From Chloroflexota bacterium (GTDB taxonomy: Bacteria > Chloroflexota > Limnocylindria > Limnocylindrales > CSP1-4), in the NCBI GenBank assembly GCA_042408925.1, contig JBHOQO010000096.1, forward strand, positions 2,728 through 66,727: 64,000 bases of DNA, written 5' to 3'. A program made the translations under genes and the position numbers. Positions 60,983 to 64,000 of the stretch are shown here, in pieces; the first letter of the stretch is position 1; each line of letters starts with the position of its first letter. The notes under the pieces are model-generated. The model made no database searches, had not been told where the DNA came from, and saw only the letters and a list, made by a program, of their open reading frames with translations.

Positions 60983-61073
60983 CGGCCACGGTCCCGCGTC
61001 AGGGTGCGACGGCCCGGGCACTGCCCGGGCCGTCGCGTGCCGCCCGCGAAACCGAGCCGCCCGGAGCCGAGCC

Positions 61074-62039
61074 GTGTCCCTGAGCCTGCCGAGCCTCGGC
61101 CGCGGCGAGCGGTGGGCCCTTCTCGCCGCCGCGTCCTACACGGTCGTCAACATCACCCTTCGGGCCGCCGCTCCCGACATCGACCCCGTCCTCGGGGCCT
61201 TCCTCCGCCAGGTGCCGGTGGCCGCCATCGCCTGGCTCGTCGTCCTCCGCACCGGCGCCGTCGAGTTTCGCCCCGGCCACCCGGCCTATCTCGGCCGCGA
61301 CCTCCTCTGGGTCCTCCTCGCCTCGGGCGCCGTCAGCCTCGTCGTCGGCAACATCGCCTACCAGCTCGCCCTCGTGACCGCCGGGCTCGGCGTCTCGGTG
61401 AGCGGCATCCAGGCCGGCTCGGTCCTCGGCGGGATCGTCTTGAGCACGGTCACCCTCGGCGAGCCGCCGACCCGGCAGCAGAGCCTTGGCGCCGCCATCA
61501 TCCTCGCCGGGCTCGCCGCCATCGGCATCGCCCAGACGACGGGGCTCCTTCCGCTCTGGTACGTCGGTCTCCTCTTTGCCGTCGCCGCCGGCACCTGCTA
61601 CGCCGCCGCGAACGCCTTGACCCGGATCGTCCAGAAGCGGCGGCCGCTCCTCTTCGTCACCCTCGCCGGCTCGAGCGTCGGCGGGCTCGTCCCCCTCGGC
61701 GGCATCATCGCCGGCCGCGAACTCCTCGAGCCGGGGGCCGTCGTCGGCGGCTTGGCCGCCTCGACGGTCGGGGTCGTCCTCGCCGCCGGCCTCGCGAACG
61801 CCCTCGCCCTCGCGTCGCTCGCCCTCGCCGTCCGCTACACGACGGTCGCCTCGACGAACGTCGTGAGCGCGGCGGCGATCGTCTTCAGCTTCGTCGGCTC
61901 CGTCGTCATCTTCGGCGAGGTCGGCAGCCTACCGATGATCCTCGGGGTGGGCCTCGTCGTCGTGGGACTCGTCGTCGCCCAGCTCCGACGCCCGGTCGGG
62001 CGCGAGGTCGAAGCGGCCCGAGCAGCGAGCGACCGCTGA
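61074..62039 (+). CDS. EamA/DMT family transporter
   Basis: Ten TM helices in two EamA repeats. Confidence 0.8.
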   Translation: MSLSLPSLGRGERWALLAAASYTVVNITLRAAAPDIDPVLGAFLRQVPVAAIAWLVVLRTGAVEFRPGHPAYLGRDLLWVLLASGAVSLVVGNIAYQLALVTAGLGVSVSGIQAGSVLGGIVLSTVTLGEPPTRQQSLGAAIILAGLAAIGIAQTTGLLPLWYVGLLFAVAAGTCYAAANALTRIVQKRRPLLFVTLAGSSVGGLVPLGGIIAGRELLEPGAVVGGLAASTVGVVLAAGLANALALASLALAVRYTTVASTNVVSAAAIVFSFVGSVVIFGEVGSLPMILGVGLVVVGLVVAQLRRPVGREVEAARAASDR

Positions 62040-62168
62040 TCGTCGCCCTCGGCCGTCAGCGGCGGAGGGGCGACGTGATCCGAACCCGAGCGAAGGCGAG
62101 GCTCCGCTCCAGATCCGCAACGTGGAGCTCGACCGACGTCCCGAGCCGCGCCGCGGCCGGGGGCTCGC

Positions 62169-63686
62169 TCACCGGCCCCCGCCGACCCGGAAGAAGGCGT
62201 TCTTCGCCTGCATGTACTTCTCGATCCCGACCCCGCCGTAGCCCGAGCGGCGGTACCCGTGGGACGGTGCCTCGAGGACCCCCGGCGAGAACCATTGGTT
62301 CACGTACACCTGGCCGGCCTTGAGGCGTCGCACGACCCGCCAGGCCCGGTCGAGGTCGCGGGTGAAGCACCCGGCCGCGAGGCCGTACGCCGTGTCGTTG
62401 GCGATCGCAATCGCCTCGTCTTCCGTGTCGAACGGCAGGACCGCGACGACCGGCCCGAAGATCTCCTCGCGGGCGATCCGGCAGGCCGGCGGGACATCGG
62501 CGAAGACCGTCGGCGGGATATACGGCCCGGCCGAGCGGACCGGATCGGTGTACGGCTCGCCGCCGGTGACGAGGCGCGCCTCGGCCTTGCCGGTCTCGAT
62601 GTACGACCAGACCTTGGCGGCGTGGCTCCGGGCGATGACCGGGCCGAGCTGGGTCGCCGGATCGAGGGGGTCGCCGACGACGAAGCCCTCGGCGGCGGCT
62701 CGCAGCCGCTCGACGAAGGCCTCGTAGATCGGCCGCTCGACGAGGATCCGCGAGCCGCAGACGCAGATCTGGCCGGTGTTCGCGAAGGCGCCGAGGGCGC
62801 TCCAGAAGACGGCCGCCTCGAGGTCGGCGTCGGCAAAGACGAGGTTCGGGTTCTTGCCGCCGAGCTCGAGGCTGACGCGCTTGACGGTCGGGGCGGCGAC
62901 TTCCAGGACCCGGGCTCCCGATTCGATCCCCCCGGTCAGCGAGATCATGTCGACGCCCGGATGCCGGACGAGGGCCTCGCCGACGACCCCGCCCGAACCG
63001 GCAAGGACGTTCACCGCCCCGGGCGGGAGGTCGGCCTCGAGGAGGATCTCGGCGAGGCGCATGAAGACGAGGGATGCGAGCTGGGCCGGCTTCACGATCG
63101 CCGCGTTCCCGGCGGCGAGGATCGCCGCCAGGCGCTGGACGCCGGTCCAGAGGGGGCCGTTCCAGGGCAGGATCTCGGCGACGACCCCCAGCGGCTCGAG
63201 GAGCTCGTGGTGGACGACGGCGGCGTCGGGCATCTCCGCCGCACCGCCCCGGCTCGTCCGGGCCCGGCCGGCGAAGTAGTGGAGGGCGTCGATGCTGATC
63301 GCGAGGTCGCTCTCATGGACGCTCGTGATCGGCTTCCCGGCGTCGATCGCCTCGAGGAAGGCGAGCTCGTCGGTGTGCTGCTCGAGGAGGTCGGCGACGC
63401 GGAGGAGGGCGCGGCCGCGGTCGCGGGCGGTCGTCCGGCCCCACGGTCCCTCGTCGACGGCCGCCCGCGCCGCCCGCACGGCGGCATCGACGTCCGCCGG
63501 CCCGGCCTGGGCGATCGAGGCGATCGGCCGATCGTTCCGCGGCGAGATCGCCGGGAAGGTCGCCCCGTCGGCGGCCTCGACGAGGCGGCCGCCGATGAGG
63601 AGGCGGTAGGGTTCGCGCCGGACGAGCTCCCACCGGGGATCGGCCGCGAAGCGGTCGACCGCCTCGGGTCGGGTGTCGGTGGCCAT
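62169..63686 (-). CDS. Aldehyde dehydrogenase family protein
   Basis: VSLELGGKNPNLV, GQICVCGSRILVE (catalytic Cys), EEIFGPV. Confidence 0.9.
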   Translation of the reverse strand: MATDTRPEAVDRFAADPRWELVRREPYRLLIGGRLVEAADGATFPAISPRNDRPIASIAQAGPADVDAAVRAARAAVDEGPWGRTTARDRGRALLRVADLLEQHTDELAFLEAIDAGKPITSVHESDLAISIDALHYFAGRARTSRGGAAEMPDAAVVHHELLEPLGVVAEILPWNGPLWTGVQRLAAILAAGNAAIVKPAQLASLVFMRLAEILLEADLPPGAVNVLAGSGGVVGEALVRHPGVDMISLTGGIESGARVLEVAAPTVKRVSLELGGKNPNLVFADADLEAAVFWSALGAFANTGQICVCGSRILVERPIYEAFVERLRAAAEGFVVGDPLDPATQLGPVIARSHAAKVWSYIETGKAEARLVTGGEPYTDPVRSAGPYIPPTVFADVPPACRIAREEIFGPVVAVLPFDTEDEAIAIANDTAYGLAAGCFTRDLDRAWRVVRRLKAGQVYVNQWFSPGVLEAPSHGYRRSGYGGVGIEKYMQAKNAFFRVGGGR

Positions 63687-63707
63687 CGCCTGCCCTCCCC
63701 TGCCCTG

Positions 63708-64000
63708 CTACCGGGCGACGAGCTGGCCGGCGATCTCGAGGGCCTCGTCGACCGAGCGGTTCTCGTGGATGATCGCCGCGAGACCCCGGGTGATCGCCGC
63801 CGGGTCGGGGTCGCGCCAGATGTTGTTCCCGATCGCGACTCCCGCGCAGCCGGCGAGGACGACGGCGTCGTAGACCTCCTGGTAGAGGTCCCGGACGCTC
63901 GCCTTCTTGCTCCCGCCGAGGATGACGACCGGCACCATCGCGTACTCGACGACCCGCCGCATCGATTCAGGGTCGCCGGTGTAGAAGGTCTTGATGATGT
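63708..64000 (-). CDS. Class I aldolase (DhnA/FbaB/LsrF-type), C-terminal part; the gene runs off the window end
   Basis: VVILGGSKK...AGCAGVAIGNNIWRD is the C-terminus of DhnA-type TIM-barrel aldolases. It adjoins the PTS, SorC and aldehyde dehydrogenase genes. Confidence 0.6.
   Translation of the reverse strand, partial: IIKTFYTGDPESMRRVVEYAMVPVVILGGSKKASVRDLYQEVYDAVVLAGCAGVAIGNNIWRDPDPAAITRGLAAIIHENRSVDEALEIAGQLVAR

Overview
This is a high-GC (about 70%) chromosomal segment, actinobacterium-like by gene content, carrying roughly 69 genes. Most are housekeeping or metabolic. No transposase, integrase, CRISPR array, rRNA or convincing tRNA was found. Many long ORFs in the six-frame track are GC-driven antisense artefacts and were not called. 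Recognisable content, in order: (1) a thiolase, a 3-hydroxybutyryl-CoA dehydrogenase, MeaB and a 133-aa B12-binding mutase small subunit, with the matching 587-aa mutase large subunit about 10 kb away, which by active-site signature looks isobutyryl-CoA-mutase-like rather than methylmalonyl-CoA mutase; (2) GTP cyclohydrolase I, an alpha/beta hydrolase and a zincin-like peptidase; (3) ArsR-thioredoxin with a perfect 16-bp operator palindrome; (4) a VapBC toxin-antitoxin pair; (5) an ECF sigma factor with a FecR-type anti-sigma factor carrying a Pro/Thr linker and FN3-like domains; (6) several ABC-2 exporters, one with a PadR regulator; (7) a kinase-like DUF4032 gene with no canonical start codon; (8) the dnaG-rpoD pair, with rpoD carrying a large non-conserved-region insertion and followed by an unusual array of GTGCAC palindromes and tandem repeats; (9) GlcD/GlcF-type oxidase with an FmdB zinc ribbon, an Fe-alcohol dehydrogenase, an MBL lactonase-like hydrolase and SatP; (10) a MacA-MacB operon ending in a Gly-rich secreted protein; (11) an ApbE / ferric-reductase-like membrane module; (12) two DUF72 paralogs; and (13) a complete mannose-family PTS (IIA, IIB, IIC, IID) with a SorC regulator, an EamA transporter, an aldehyde dehydrogenase and a class I aldolase. 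The most unusual locus is a four-gene operon at 32425-36445: a small membrane protein, a Zn-ribbon/HEAT-repeat protein, and two translationally coupled, diverged MutS domain III/V-only ATPase paralogs whose Walker B motif reads N-E instead of D-E. This looks like an uncharacterised heterodimeric MutS-like machine.
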